Below are positions 1-10,987 of a stretch of 64,000 nt of DNA, piece after piece. A program made the translations under genes and the position numbers. How positions within the stretch are numbered: the stretch's first letter is position 1; every line of letters begins with the position of its first letter. The notes beneath the pieces are model-generated. The model ran no database searches, was not told the DNA's origin, and saw only the letters and a list, made by a program, of their open reading frames with translations. Origin of the DNA: Picochlorum sp. SENEW3 (taxonomy: Eukaryota); NCBI GenBank assembly GCA_034226945.1, contig CP120456.1:434001-498000 (forward strand), given 5' to 3'.

Positions 1-1615
1 CTCCAAGAGATGCATATTTTGCGCTGTCACCACAAGTGCGGTTCAGAGGTGCGTTTACATCAGCCTCCACCACAGCAATGAGAGGCTCAATATTTCTGGC
101 TTCCAATTCCCTCTTCAAAAGCTTCATATCCGACTCGTACTGTACAAATACATACGAAAGCCAATTGAATGGTAGGAGTTGTTCTAAAATTGACGCATAA
201 TGCTTTTTCCGAACGTCAATTTCCATCACCAGTGGACCCACTACCTGGCCCTTGAACCTTCCCCTGTTTTTCTGCACATAATCATAAATTTCCCTCACAC
301 CAGGCCTACTTTTCGCCAAATTATTCAGAGCTCTGTACTTTTTGTTATTTTCCTTTCCCAGCTGATCCTTCAAGGTGCGAATATTTTTCTGAAGCTTGTC
401 GCGGGTGTCCTCCAAGTCACGTTGTGATCTGGCCACAGTGGATTCCTGGTTGATCAAGTCCTTCATCTGAAGGTCAAGCATTTGGATCTCTCTTTCAATC
501 TTGGCGTCATTTTGATGCGTCAGCTGTTCAACCGTCTCTTTCAAATTTTGAACATCGTTCTCCATCATGCGAATTTTCGCCTTCCATTGATTCGAAGCCT
601 CCTCCAAGTTCTGGATCTGATCATGCACACCCTGCGCAAGCGTCAAATGGTTCCCAACATCAGTATTCACTTTTTCAACATCATGCTTCCCCATCTCTTT
701 GGCAGCCGTGTTTTTAGCTTGCTCTGCCTTCTTCTTCTGATCCGACTTGACCTTGACAGGACCCTTGGCAATAGAGTCTGCCTCCTTGTTCAATCGCTTG
801 AGCGTTGCCATGGATTTCTTGAGCATCTCCTCATCCTTCTTGCCTTCTTCTACGCATTCATCATGCTCTCTCCATGCTTTATGCTTCTTCAGAACATTCA
901 TCTGCTCTTGCAATCGCTTCTTCTCCCTCATTGGCCCCAAAGCCCTCTCAAGTTCTTCCAGCTCTTCTTCATGCCTTGCCACAGCAGCACCCTCCATGTC
1001 AACAAGCTTCTTCTTCTCATCCATATCCTTCTTCTCCTTGATCAACGATTCATGCAAATTATACAGATTTCCATCTCCAATCGCCATCTCTGTTGCCTTG
1101 AGCAACTCAATCGGCTTCATCCTTGCAAACTCACTGACCTTGTCCTGAGGCAAGAACTGACACAAGTTGTCCAGCTGAATGTTATACTTGGACACAATGT
1201 CCTTCACCTTGGTCATGGTTGACGTCTTCCCATTCACCCACCATTCATTCTGTGCCCCATTGGATGTCCTCCTCATTCTCCGCCGCACCACAAGCTTTCC
1301 CCCACGGTCATCCGCCAAGGTCACTTTAACCTCACCTTCATCAGTCCCCCGTCGGATAAAGGACGCAATATCGTCCGCTCGACCCAGCAATTTGGTGCTC
1401 CCAGCAAGGCCAACACACAAGGCACAGACAAATGACGATTTACCTGTCCCATTGGGACCCAACACCAGGTTCAATGTTGGACCAGGCTCAATAACACAAT
1501 TCGAATACGTCATAAAATTCTTCACCTCCACACGCATCACAGAACCTGGGCGATATCCAACAGTCATCCTCGCCCTCTTTCGTGCCTGCTCATCGGCCAA
1601 GGCCTCTTCTACCAT
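1..1615 (-). CDS. SMC5: Structural maintenance of chromosomes protein 5, 5' part (runs off the window edge)
   Basis: Manual translation from the ATG at 1615: MVEEALADEQ...GSVMRVEVKNFMTY...LNLVLGPNGTGKSSFVCALCVGLAG...NIQLDNLCQFLPQDKVSEFA, then coiled coil. Absent from the ORF track, probably because no stop lies inside the window. Confidence 0.93.
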   Translation of the reverse strand, partial: MVEEALADEQARKRARMTVGYRPGSVMRVEVKNFMTYSNCVIEPGPTLNLVLGPNGTGKSSFVCALCVGLAGSTKLLGRADDIASFIRRGTDEGEVKVTLADDRGGKLVVRRRMRRTSNGAQNEWWVNGKTSTMTKVKDIVSKYNIQLDNLCQFLPQDKVSEFARMKPIELLKATEMAIGDGNLYNLHESLIKEKKDMDEKKKLVDMEGAAVARHEEELEELERALGPMREKKRLQEQMNVLKKHKAWREHDECVEEGKKDEEMLKKSMATLKRLNKEADSIAKGPVKVKSDQKKKAEQAKNTAAKEMGKHDVEKVNTDVGNHLTLAQGVHDQIQNLEEASNQWKAKIRMMENDVQNLKETVEQLTHQNDAKIEREIQMLDLQMKDLINQESTVARSQRDLEDTRDKLQKNIRTLKDQLGKENNKKYRALNNLAKSRPGVREIYDYVQKNRGRFKGQVVGPLVMEIDVRKKHYASILEQLLPFNWLSYVFVQYESDMKLLKRELEARNIEPLIAVVEADVNAPLNRTCGDSAKYASLG

Positions 1616-2513
1616 TGTGACAAACAACACTCGCGTCTCCTAGTCGTTCGAGTGGTCTTCTATTCAAAATAACACGCAACCACCTGGCCACGCAAAACCT
1701 CCATACGAACGGACAACTCTGCATAACATTAAAATCATAGTATTTCTGCCAACAACGCGGAGCACAAGAATCAAGGAGCGAATCCGGACACCTGTCACCA
1801 GATTTCCTCACACGAGGCACACGCAACAACCAGAACAGGATATACCAAGATTAGAATCACTCAATAACAAAATACGCACCGTATACTACTGAATAAGAAT
1901 AAAAGTGCGCCAACCGCACCCTCACCTGGCAATCTACATCATTTGGTTGCCTGTTTGAATTTTCCATTGTTACGAACAGATATTTTAATGTCTTTATCAA
2001 GGAATATCCTAAATGTCTTTAATACGGTTGAAAATCCATCCTTCGACTCCGGCAGCGTCGGACCGGCTGTCGATGCGATGCGACACTATTGTGTATCAGT
2101 ACAAAGTTGGTTGCGGGCTAGACCACTTTAAAAATTTAAACATTATCCATTCAGGTATGGTATTGATTGATTGATTGATATTCCTGTTTTCCACGCGTTC
2201 ACGTGGCGACAATGCTCCGTTGTTACCAAAAACCGTGCAACGTCAACAATATATTTGTTGGGGATAGGTTTGGGCGTTTATCATGCTTGAAGGGTATATA
2301 TGACGAATGGAGCAGACGAGAAGATAAAATAGCAGTCTCAAGCATGGCATGAATGCGGCTGTCGGGCCTCTTGAGGTTTGGTGTGTCCTAGGAGGTGGGG
2401 TGGGCAGGTGGGTATTGGTTCTTGCGACTAAGTCGTGGATCTTGTTTGTAGGGCGTGTTTCTTCTCTTTCTATATCACATTTATAGGGGCAGAAGAGGAT
2501 AAAACGGATCAAC

Positions 2514-3161
2514 ATGTTGACGAATGACGAATTGGAGTATGCCATGCATCAGCAGGCTGAGCAGCAGATGCATCATCATTTCGCACCACAGGCGTATGGA
2601 GTGCCACCGCAGGCATTGCATCACCACCATCATCACGCACCTCATCATCAGCACCAGTTGGAGGCTTCTGATGACGAGGACGGTGATATCGGGATTGAGG
2701 ATACTGGAAACAGGTCGTTCAATGCTGTGAATGCAGTGCAGAGTAATCCTCTGTTGCAGTTTTTGGCACAAGAGACGAGATTGTTCAACCTTCATTTGAA
2801 GCAAGCCTGTGACATTTATGAGAGAACAAAAGAGACGCCGCAGTCTCTGTTTGGTGTCAAGGCTATTAGAGCTGTGCAAAAGGCATCAGGAAAGAAGGCG
2901 ACAGCTGGAGAGAGAAGAAAGCCAACATCGTTCAATCTGTACATCAAGAAGAGAATTCAAGAGATTAAGCAAGAGGAGCCTCAGACTCAGGATCTCAAGT
3001 ACACGGAAATTTTCAGGCGTGTTGTGCAGGAGTGGGGAGAATTATCACCAGAGCAGAAGAAGGAATTTGCAGAAAAGCATGCCCAGGAACTGCAGGGGGT
3101 TGATCAAGAGCCACCAAAGAAGAAGAAAATAAAGACGAATGCCGCCGAGCTTGCGAGGTGA
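2514..3161 (+). CDS. HMG-box/YABBY-like DNA-binding protein
   Basis: RRKPTSFNLYIKKRIQEIK...IFRRVVQEWGELSPEQKKEF; His/Gln-rich N-terminus; KKKKIK NLS-like tail. Confidence 0.75.
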   Translation: MLTNDELEYAMHQQAEQQMHHHFAPQAYGVPPQALHHHHHHAPHHQHQLEASDDEDGDIGIEDTGNRSFNAVNAVQSNPLLQFLAQETRLFNLHLKQACDIYERTKETPQSLFGVKAIRAVQKASGKKATAGERRKPTSFNLYIKKRIQEIKQEEPQTQDLKYTEIFRRVVQEWGELSPEQKKEFAEKHAQELQGVDQEPPKKKKIKTNAAELAR

Positions 3162-3324
3162 GCAGGATGATGGTAGACACCCTTTGACTGACAGACTGCA
3201 CTTGGATGGTACTGCCATGTGTGTGTTTTTTCCTTCCTAGTTTACATACATTCTTTTCCCGAATCTTGTCGATCACCAAAAAGCCGCGTCGTAAAATTAA
3301 AGAAAAAAAATACCAATGAATATA

Positions 3325-4452
3325 TTAGATACACGGTGTAAAGGGATCAAGATTGACTGAGAAGGAATTCTCGCGTGTCAGAATTCTCTCTGCTAGACCC
3401 AGACCAGTTGCTGGGCCCATCAGAATACCCCAACACGAATGCCCCGCTGCTATAAATGCACCAGATATATCCGGTAATTCTCCAATTATAGGTTTATTTG
3501 TACTAGAACACGGCAAATAACACGCTTGTTGCTGCAAAAGAGCCCCTGGTGTACCATCTGAGATACTGCAAGCAACCCCTTGTAGGTACTCTATAGCCTC
3601 ACCTTCAGGCTCAACCATGGATGCCAACGTAGGCAATGGCTCATCTGATTGTACTCCACAGATGTATACTGTCTTATCTGGTCGTGGATATACCTCGGGC
3701 TCCTTGCTGCCATGGCTGAGAAATAGCGCATCAGGCGTCATGCGGGACTCTGCATCCTCAAGAACAATGCTATGGACTTTGAGCCCCTCTACAGCCGGTA
3801 ATGTGTGCGGATATTCTTCTGGTAGAATATATTTAAGGCTCTCTGTTGTCCACGCCCCCATGGCAAACACCACAACATCAGCCTCGATCAATTCAAGCTC
3901 TTGACTCTCGTGCTGGACCAGCAATCCAGTCACTCTCCCAGTATCATGATTCATTTCAAGCTTTGCAGCCTTGGTATGGGATCTGACAACTCCTCCATGC
4001 TCCACCACATACTCTAATAACGCTTCAGTCAAAAGCTTTGGATGCACCTGCGCCACAGTATCCTCGCTCCCGATGACCTGGCACCGTCTCAAGCGCATCT
4101 CATTGAAACAAGAGGGAACTGTTGTTGTGGAGCCACGACGACCTCCTATTGACTTCTTCTTGAGATCCTCATCTTCCAGCATTGCAGAGTGAGCTCGCAT
4201 TTTCCTATACCCACAGTCGAAATCCTTTGCAAGCTCAGCATGGAGTGCAAAGCTTTTCCGAGCCAAAGAATCAACGGTTGAGCCTTCGCACCAGTCCAGG
4301 GCCAGAAAGCCACCAGCCTTCCCACTTGCACTAGATGCTGGCGTGCATGCATCCAATACTATCGGTCTAACTCCCCTAAGTGATAAATAATACGCTGTCG
4401 ATGCACCAATGATCCCAGCGCCAGATATAACCACTCTAGGTTGTTTGGACAT
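3325..4452 (-). CDS. FAD-dependent oxidoreductase (DAO/glycine oxidase-like)
   Basis: VVISGAGIIG Rossmann motif, ASGKAGGFLA, PEVYPRPD, GHSCWGILMGPATG. Confidence 0.88.
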   Translation of the reverse strand: MSKQPRVVISGAGIIGASTAYYLSLRGVRPIVLDACTPASSASGKAGGFLALDWCEGSTVDSLARKSFALHAELAKDFDCGYRKMRAHSAMLEDEDLKKKSIGGRRGSTTTVPSCFNEMRLRRCQVIGSEDTVAQVHPKLLTEALLEYVVEHGGVVRSHTKAAKLEMNHDTGRVTGLLVQHESQELELIEADVVVFAMGAWTTESLKYILPEEYPHTLPAVEGLKVHSIVLEDAESRMTPDALFLSHGSKEPEVYPRPDKTVYICGVQSDEPLPTLASMVEPEGEAIEYLQGVACSISDGTPGALLQQQACYLPCSSTNKPIIGELPDISGAFIAAGHSCWGILMGPATGLGLAERILTRENSFSVNLDPFTPCI

Positions 4453-4507
4453 GTGTGTAGGTATCGTTCCTTACGCAAGCTTGCTTCGTTACCGATTCAT
4501 TAATCCG

Positions 4508-4532
4508 TTATATATATATATATATATATATA
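4508..4532. repeat. (TA)n microsatellite
   Basis: Run of TA dinucleotides upstream of the oxidoreductase start. Confidence 0.9.
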
Positions 4533-4716
4533 TGACATTCATTAAAATTCATAGTATACGGTAGTCTTGGGATAGTAGAAGCAGTTTGGCATTGACGTCA
4601 GAATAGCATAGGAGTAGTATTCTCAGGAGGACACGACAATTGTCGTACTATATATATACAGTGCCTCGCGAGGCCGATCGATTCCTCATATGTTCATGCA
4701 TGAAGAAGGAGGACTA

Positions 4717-6147
4717 TCAAATCGTCTCAAGAAGAGGAATTCCTGCGTCGATGGCCCGCATGACCCCACAGATGGCATGTTGAACATAATCTATCCGAAT
4801 AGCTTTGGACTTTGTGTCCTGGTGTCCCACAGCTGCAGGAATCCCACCATGTCTCATGTTGGATTCATCGACATGGCGAATTTGTGACGCCACCAGGAAA
4901 CGGGCCGAGACGTACGCATTCTCACGCATCTCCAGCTCGTTAATCTTTTGGCTGAACGACATGGCAGCCATCAATCCCTCGAGATGTGTGGCAGTGGGTG
5001 TCGTACGACCATCAGATGGCATGGGAGGATTCCCCGTCGCGTTCATCCTTCTCGTCTTTCGCAGCATATCTTCCGTCTTTTGTATGAGAGACTGTACTAT
5101 CTGATCTCCATGATAAAGCAAGCGCTGCCTCACCTCGCCCTCATCCTCTACTCGGAGCACATGAAGGTGTTTGAGCAATTTTTCTGTTGCAAGCAATGCC
5201 CAATGATCCCGCTCGACTGATGTACTCTCGGCTCTCGTACTTGCCAAATACATCATGCCTCTCAGAGCTACTCGAAGATATTCTCTCCGCTTGGTGAGCT
5301 CGTACAACTGAACCATCCCGAGGGATGCCTCCCCTGGATAATACAGACTCACAACAGAATCATCCATTCCAAACGTGTCACAATATTTGGAGTCGAAACT
5401 CCCATCGTCACGCTGCATGAATTTAATAAATTCTGCTAAAAGGGCTAAATCGTTCAACCTCGTCATCCCAGGTCTGATTGCTTCAAACGACGTGAGAGCA
5501 ACGAGCCCCAATCCAGCACCACCAAGCTTTGCGCATCGTCTTCTTGCATTGGTCTTCTTAGTAATCAAGCTCGGTTCATCCCACATAGCAAGCGGTATCA
5601 CACCAGTAGTATTCGAATTTGTCAAAGGCTTGAGGAAGGCTGTTTTTAAATAGTCGACAGCCTGAGCAGTCTTTTCCGTGAGCTCATCCAGCTGAACCAC
5701 CATGCCTGTAGAGTGATGCCGAGGGACCCATTGAATGTATGATGCCATGGCAAACACAGCCCCAGCATGCCTAAGAACGTTATACGATGATTTCTTAAAT
5801 GTACCAGATTCATACAGATTGTAGATGAATCGACCTCGCACGCCCTCTGTATCCCGCACCATTCTCATCAGATACCTGGCACCATAATGTACAAACTGCG
5901 TCCATTCATGTTCAATTGGAGATTGTTCGCCCAACAGTTCTCCACCAGTCGATACATCCAAGCCCATACCAGGCCATTCTTCCATCATCCACGTCCAGCG
6001 CAGCGCGACCAATGCAAACCCAATCAGGCAGACCAACACCATGGCGGACGTGGCAGTCCGCCATACCTGGTTGATTCTGTACCTCGGTCGCTTTCGCTTT
6101 ATACCATGGTGCATCGTGGAATGAATATATCTATACATATCAATCAA
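4717..6147 (-). CDS. Membrane-anchored protein, predicted (alpha/alpha)6 six-hairpin-glycosidase-like fold, bacterial-type family
   Basis: N-terminal TM; motifs YNVLRHAG, AKLGGAGLGLVAL, FMQRDDGSF, SLYYPGEA, DHW, IRIDYVQHA; intronless. Family assignment is from recall. Confidence 0.6.
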   Translation of the reverse strand: MIDMYRYIHSTMHHGIKRKRPRYRINQVWRTATSAMVLVCLIGFALVALRWTWMMEEWPGMGLDVSTGGELLGEQSPIEHEWTQFVHYGARYLMRMVRDTEGVRGRFIYNLYESGTFKKSSYNVLRHAGAVFAMASYIQWVPRHHSTGMVVQLDELTEKTAQAVDYLKTAFLKPLTNSNTTGVIPLAMWDEPSLITKKTNARRRCAKLGGAGLGLVALTSFEAIRPGMTRLNDLALLAEFIKFMQRDDGSFDSKYCDTFGMDDSVVSLYYPGEASLGMVQLYELTKRREYLRVALRGMMYLASTRAESTSVERDHWALLATEKLLKHLHVLRVEDEGEVRQRLLYHGDQIVQSLIQKTEDMLRKTRRMNATGNPPMPSDGRTTPTATHLEGLMAAMSFSQKINELEMRENAYVSARFLVASQIRHVDESNMRHGGIPAAVGHQDTKSKAIRIDYVQHAICGVMRAIDAGIPLLETI

Positions 6148-6550
6148 AAACTATCTCTCTTATTGTTGTCTCCTCCTCCTCCTCCTCGCTGTAGATATCT
6201 TCTCTCCGAGGTACGTACAACTGGGTTTTCTCCCTCACAACTGCGAGACCACCAAGGATCTGACGTCATCAAGCATAAGCCTTACAAAACTATTCAGTCA
6301 ATTCTGATGCACACATGTTTTTGTTTTTTTACTGATAAAATGATTGCTGTATCCGACTGTGCTCGCTCAACATTCGGATGACTCGGTTTGAATTCAAATC
6401 CCAACAACGATTGGCAGCGCGCTGCTTTCTGGATGCTAGCTAGCATCTTGTATTCCCACAACAATACTAGTAGTAGTAGTAGTAGTAGTAGGTCTGTTAA
6501 CTATTTTTGCCGTATTACATACGCTTCTTCATATAGTGCCAAGGGCAGGA

Positions 6551-7650
6551 ATATGGTGGCAACTCGGTGGGCCTTGCTTGGCCACACAGAACTCGGAACA
6601 AGAAGAAGGGTCGAGAGAAAGACATACCCTTGCATGAGACCAACGCAGCGCTTCTTATTAATTTATCAACGTGATCAAAGGAAACAAACAGTGCATCGAC
6701 ATGGGTCAAGAGTGCGCTGTCAATCTGTAGAAAATTCAGGGACTCCGATTCGATCTGTTCGCGACCCCATGTCCAGTATATTTCTTCCAGAGAACTTCCA
6801 GAGAAACAATACGATAAAGGGAGTAGTTCATTTTCTAGGTGGTGCATTTGTCGGAGCAGCCCCATCCAGTCTGTATTCAGGCCTGATTCAGGGTTTGAGC
6901 AAGGCTGGGTTTCTGGTTCTTTCGACGCCGTATCAAGTGACATTCAAACACGACGATTGTGCGCGATCGTTACATGAGCGATTTGATATGCTCTATTCTG
7001 AAGCTGTTGCCGTGTGCTCGGAAAGGTATCCAGACGTGACCTCTGTGCCATGCATTGCTGTTGGACACTCTAATGGAGCATTGATGCACAGTTTGATGTC
7101 TAGTATGTACGAGTCTCGGTATGCAGCGAGTATTCTTATTTCATTTAATAATAGAGAAGTGAAGGAAGCTGTTCCTGTTCCTTTGGATCCTCTCCGGGAT
7201 GCTGCAACGCAGTTGCAGAGACAGGCAGCAGGGACGCTGGAAGACCAGTCCAATGCGTTGGAGACACGAGCGAGGGATCTGGTCAGAGATCTGACATCTG
7301 ATATAGAGATTGAGACGTCCACGTCTCAAGTAGGGAGTGTGTTGGATGAAGTGGCGGATGGAAATCTTGAATTTTCTCCTTCACCACAGGAGAATGCTGT
7401 GCTGATATCAGAGAGATATTCTGTGCCGAAAACCCTTATCCTTCAGTTCCAGGATGATAGTATTGATCAGTCAAAGGAACTGTTTAGGATGCTGAAGCGT
7501 GGTAGAAGGCGATCGGTGACGTATGTGTCGCTCGATTATGGAAGTCATGTATCGCCCGTGGGGCCTGTGACCTCTGCTGATGTTCAAAAAACAACAGCCA
7601 TCTGTGTGGAGTATCTCGAGTCTCGATGCCTGCCATCAATTAATAATTAA
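6551..7650 (+). CDS. DUF1350 family alpha/beta hydrolase, probably plastid-targeted
   Basis: GVVHFLGGAFVGAAP, VGHSNGA nucleophile elbow, LISFNN, FQDDSIDQS, GSHVSP; start position approximate. Confidence 0.8.
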
Positions 7651-7703
7651 TTAATTAATTAATTAAAAAAAGACCTAGTAGTAGGATGGAGTAATAATAC
7701 GTA

Positions 7704-9479
7704 ATGATGAATTATAATCAAGCACTGCGTGTGTTTGTGTCGTTGAAATGGAACAACGCAAGCAAAGTTACCATTGCCATATTCTCAATCCTATCCTATA
7801 TCTTCTTTGCATGGATATATCGAAGGATTGTTTCAAGGATTAGGAGGAAACGCGTTCAGTTGGTTCGACGACGGAAGAAGAAGGATTCTGATACAAGGAC
7901 ATGGTTTACCAAGAATAAATTGCTTCGGTACTTTGCGTTAGACCCTGTTGTATGTTCTGCGTATGATGGGGTTCAATTTGAGAGTCTTGGGGAATATATG
8001 GATTCGTTGGAATCAGAAAATCCGTTTAGTATTGAGGCTGTATTGATTTCAATCATGGATAGGTTTGGTCTTGCCATAGCATTGCCACTGGCGCTGTTTG
8101 TTCCACAGAAATGGAAAGAGACGATTCATCTGAAAGATGTTGAACAGGTTCTTCCGTATCCAGAAATGCTGTTGGGGTCGTTGTTGTCGATGAAATCCTT
8201 GGCGTGTATATGTGAAGTGGTGAAGCAGTTTGGGCATGGTTCCTTTACGTCAAAGTCTGTGGAGGATGGTGGGCAGGCGAGATACTCGGCGATGGATTTA
8301 TTGATGATTGGGTCTAATCCGAAGAGTGATTTTGGATTATCGGGGATGTTGAAAGGCAGGAATGTGTTTCATCTGTCGCAGAGGATGTTGAATAGAATGA
8401 CAAGTGCATTAGCAGGTGACAAGTATCCTGTGGATGCCAAAGATCCAAAGGAGATTCATAGCGTTTTTGAAGGACTGTATTTTGGCAATCAGGGGCTGGC
8501 TCCACTGTTCAGTCCGAAGGAGGAGATGACAAGTGCGATTGTGTCGTCATTATGCAACAAGCTTGTCGCGAATGCACTGATTGGCACCTCCATGGCGCCG
8601 CTCGAGTCCAGACACGGCTTGTTTCGTGTCAGAGTTGGTGGAAAGACTGTCAACTCATTGGAAGGTCTTTTTGCTGTGTTGGAAAAGATGGGTCATGAGG
8701 TGACTTTTAGTATGAGGACAAATGTTACCAGCATGGGCGTTGGGTTGTCAGCACTCTGTGAGGATGGCATGTTTAGTCAAATACCATTGGCATATCCTCT
8801 GAAGACTGGGCTGACAATTCGCAAGTCAGAGACACGTCCAGTGTATGATGAGGCTGTGACGTTGATGACGCATGGAGCAGTATTTATTAAGATTCGAGGA
8901 CCACTAATACAAAATGCTGAGATTGAATGGTGTCTCAATGTGACTGGTCTGACGGGATTTCAACCAGTTGGTGGTGTGCACAGGCCATGGCAAACAGATC
9001 CTCAGGCATTTGTGGTGCATGCTCCAGAGGCATGTCGCAGCGCAGATGATAGACAAAAGGCGCTTCGACGAATAACATGTATCTCAGCTGTATCGAATTG
9101 TATCGCAGATGAAAATCATGTTGTCGTAGGTGGGTATGGCTTCATGGGTGTATGCTTAGACAGTGTTGCCTTGTTGCAGCATTCTCTGACAGGCACGTGC
9201 TCCATGTACCCACTGTTTCTCGATGGCGCCGCCAAAATGTACCTGGTTCAAGGATATCGTATCTTTGAGAAGGAGAATGCAGTGTATAGAGAGGATGTAA
9301 TCGCGTTGCGTGAGAGTCTGATTGAGTTGCCAAGTGACATTATTGTGCCACCAGACAAGATTTCCTCAACAGCGACCCGAGCCCTCCATAGCCTTCCAGA
9401 GAAAAGCGTCTTTCAATGCCTAGAATCATGCAAAGCACAACTACGAGATGCGATTGCATTGTCAGAAGGATATTATTAA
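7704..9479 (+). CDS. Uncharacterised membrane-anchored protein (591 aa)
   Basis: Long intronless ORF with an N-terminal TM followed by a basic cluster; no family recognised. Confidence 0.7.
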   Translation: MMNYNQALRVFVSLKWNNASKVTIAIFSILSYIFFAWIYRRIVSRIRRKRVQLVRRRKKKDSDTRTWFTKNKLLRYFALDPVVCSAYDGVQFESLGEYMDSLESENPFSIEAVLISIMDRFGLAIALPLALFVPQKWKETIHLKDVEQVLPYPEMLLGSLLSMKSLACICEVVKQFGHGSFTSKSVEDGGQARYSAMDLLMIGSNPKSDFGLSGMLKGRNVFHLSQRMLNRMTSALAGDKYPVDAKDPKEIHSVFEGLYFGNQGLAPLFSPKEEMTSAIVSSLCNKLVANALIGTSMAPLESRHGLFRVRVGGKTVNSLEGLFAVLEKMGHEVTFSMRTNVTSMGVGLSALCEDGMFSQIPLAYPLKTGLTIRKSETRPVYDEAVTLMTHGAVFIKIRGPLIQNAEIEWCLNVTGLTGFQPVGGVHRPWQTDPQAFVVHAPEACRSADDRQKALRRITCISAVSNCIADENHVVVGGYGFMGVCLDSVALLQHSLTGTCSMYPLFLDGAAKMYLVQGYRIFEKENAVYREDVIALRESLIELPSDIIVPPDKISSTATRALHSLPEKSVFQCLESCKAQLRDAIALSEGYY

Positions 9480-9501
9480 TACCTAGTAATGAATCATAAT
9501 A

Positions 9502-10587
9502 TTACGGCATTGGGTTTTCCGACTGTTGCCAAATGTATGTTGTCTCGTCCCATCCACAACTTGCCATCACCCCTTCCTGAAGCGTGCTGAAATCTAAACC
9601 AACAGCAAATTCAGAATGATGTCCCCACACCCGAAGCATTGGGTTTGGTGCTGCATAATCCCACAGCCTAACAGACATATCATAACTACAGCTAGCCACA
9701 ACTGTGGGAGCAAATGGTGAAAAGACCACCCTTCGGACAGCATACGTGTGCCCAAGTAAAACTGCGAGCTCTTTCTGCGGCATTCTAACGTCAAATATTT
9801 TTATGCTCTTGTCAACACTGCCTGTTGCTATAATACAATCGTTATACTTGCACCAATCAGCCGTGAGAACTTCATGCTTGTGCGCTGCAAGTGACAGTGT
9901 TGGCGCTGGCTGACGAAGATCCCAAATCTTCACGGTGCAATCTCCGGACGCTGATAAAAACACATCAGCTTCTCTTGGATTCCTGCATATCAGTATAGAT
10001 ATTACTCCAACCAACAGTGACGTTGCATCACACATGACACCACACCACATACCATTGAGCAGCATAGACACAATATGTATGCCCTGTAAACGTTCTCAGC
10101 GAATGCGGCGATCGAAGATTCCACAACTTCACCGAATCATCCCATGACGCACTTAAAAAACAGTCTCTCTTTATCGTATTCCAATTCAACGAATACACCT
10201 CATGGGTATGCTCTTCTAATGACCGAAGGGGATTTGCCTGTGGTGGCGCAGCAAGATCCCAAGCCTTGATACTCCCATCTCCTGATGCTGACACTAATAT
10301 ATTCTCATTCTCTTCACTCCAAGCACAATCGTACAATCCATCAACCGTATCAAACACTCTCCATTCCCTCAAACCACTCCCATCAGGAGCCATCTGCATG
10401 CAACACATGCATCATCCATCCATCAGATGAACCCCAATTCAATGCAATCACCACGCACCGCCAACACATACTGCTTCCCATTTCCTATGATTCCAAAGTT
10501 TTGAGCCGTGGCTACAGCAACCTTGCCCTCCTCAAAAGGACTAAACTTGACAGAGTACCCTTGAAAGGCAGTCCTACATGACGGCAT
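9502..10587 (-). CDS. PEX7: Peroxisomal targeting signal 2 receptor (WD40), 3 exons
   Basis: FQGYSVKFSPF...ATAQNFGIIGNG; DGLYDCAWSEENEN; WD repeats; HHSEFAVGLDF. GT-AG introns at about 10394-10458 and 9982-10051. Confidence 0.95.
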
Positions 10588-10987
10588 ATCGTCCAAACAC
10601 GACACTCTATCTACTACCAATTAGTAACGATATACATGTGTATTAAAATCGTATCAGGTACGCTGAATCCTCTTCAATCGACAGACTTTATATTTTATGA
10701 CTATTGGTCGTTGGCGACACACACAGCTGACCACAGGGTGCCGATAGATCTGATTCTTCGTCCAATCCAGAACAATCAAGAAAATCCGAATATTTCATTC
10801 TGGTCAAAGGGGGACTGGGACACGGGTATCCATGAATACCCCGTTGATCAGTCAATTCTGACTTAATGTTTTAATCAAGGAGCATAAGGATATGGGCATG
10901 CAGATATATCGTTCTATAAACCACGGTCTTGCTCATATCCAAAACAGAATAGCCTAATATCGGTCAATATATATCCAAAAGGCCATC

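Noticed and set aside
200..1643. Several long plus-strand ORFs (246, 133 and 154 aa)
   Set aside because: Antisense shadows of the SMC5 coding sequence on the minus strand; Leu/Ser/Phe-rich, no motifs.
6467..6490. (AGT)n tract read as poly-Ser in the ORF track
   Set aside because: Simple microsatellite, probably upstream of the real ATG near 6551.
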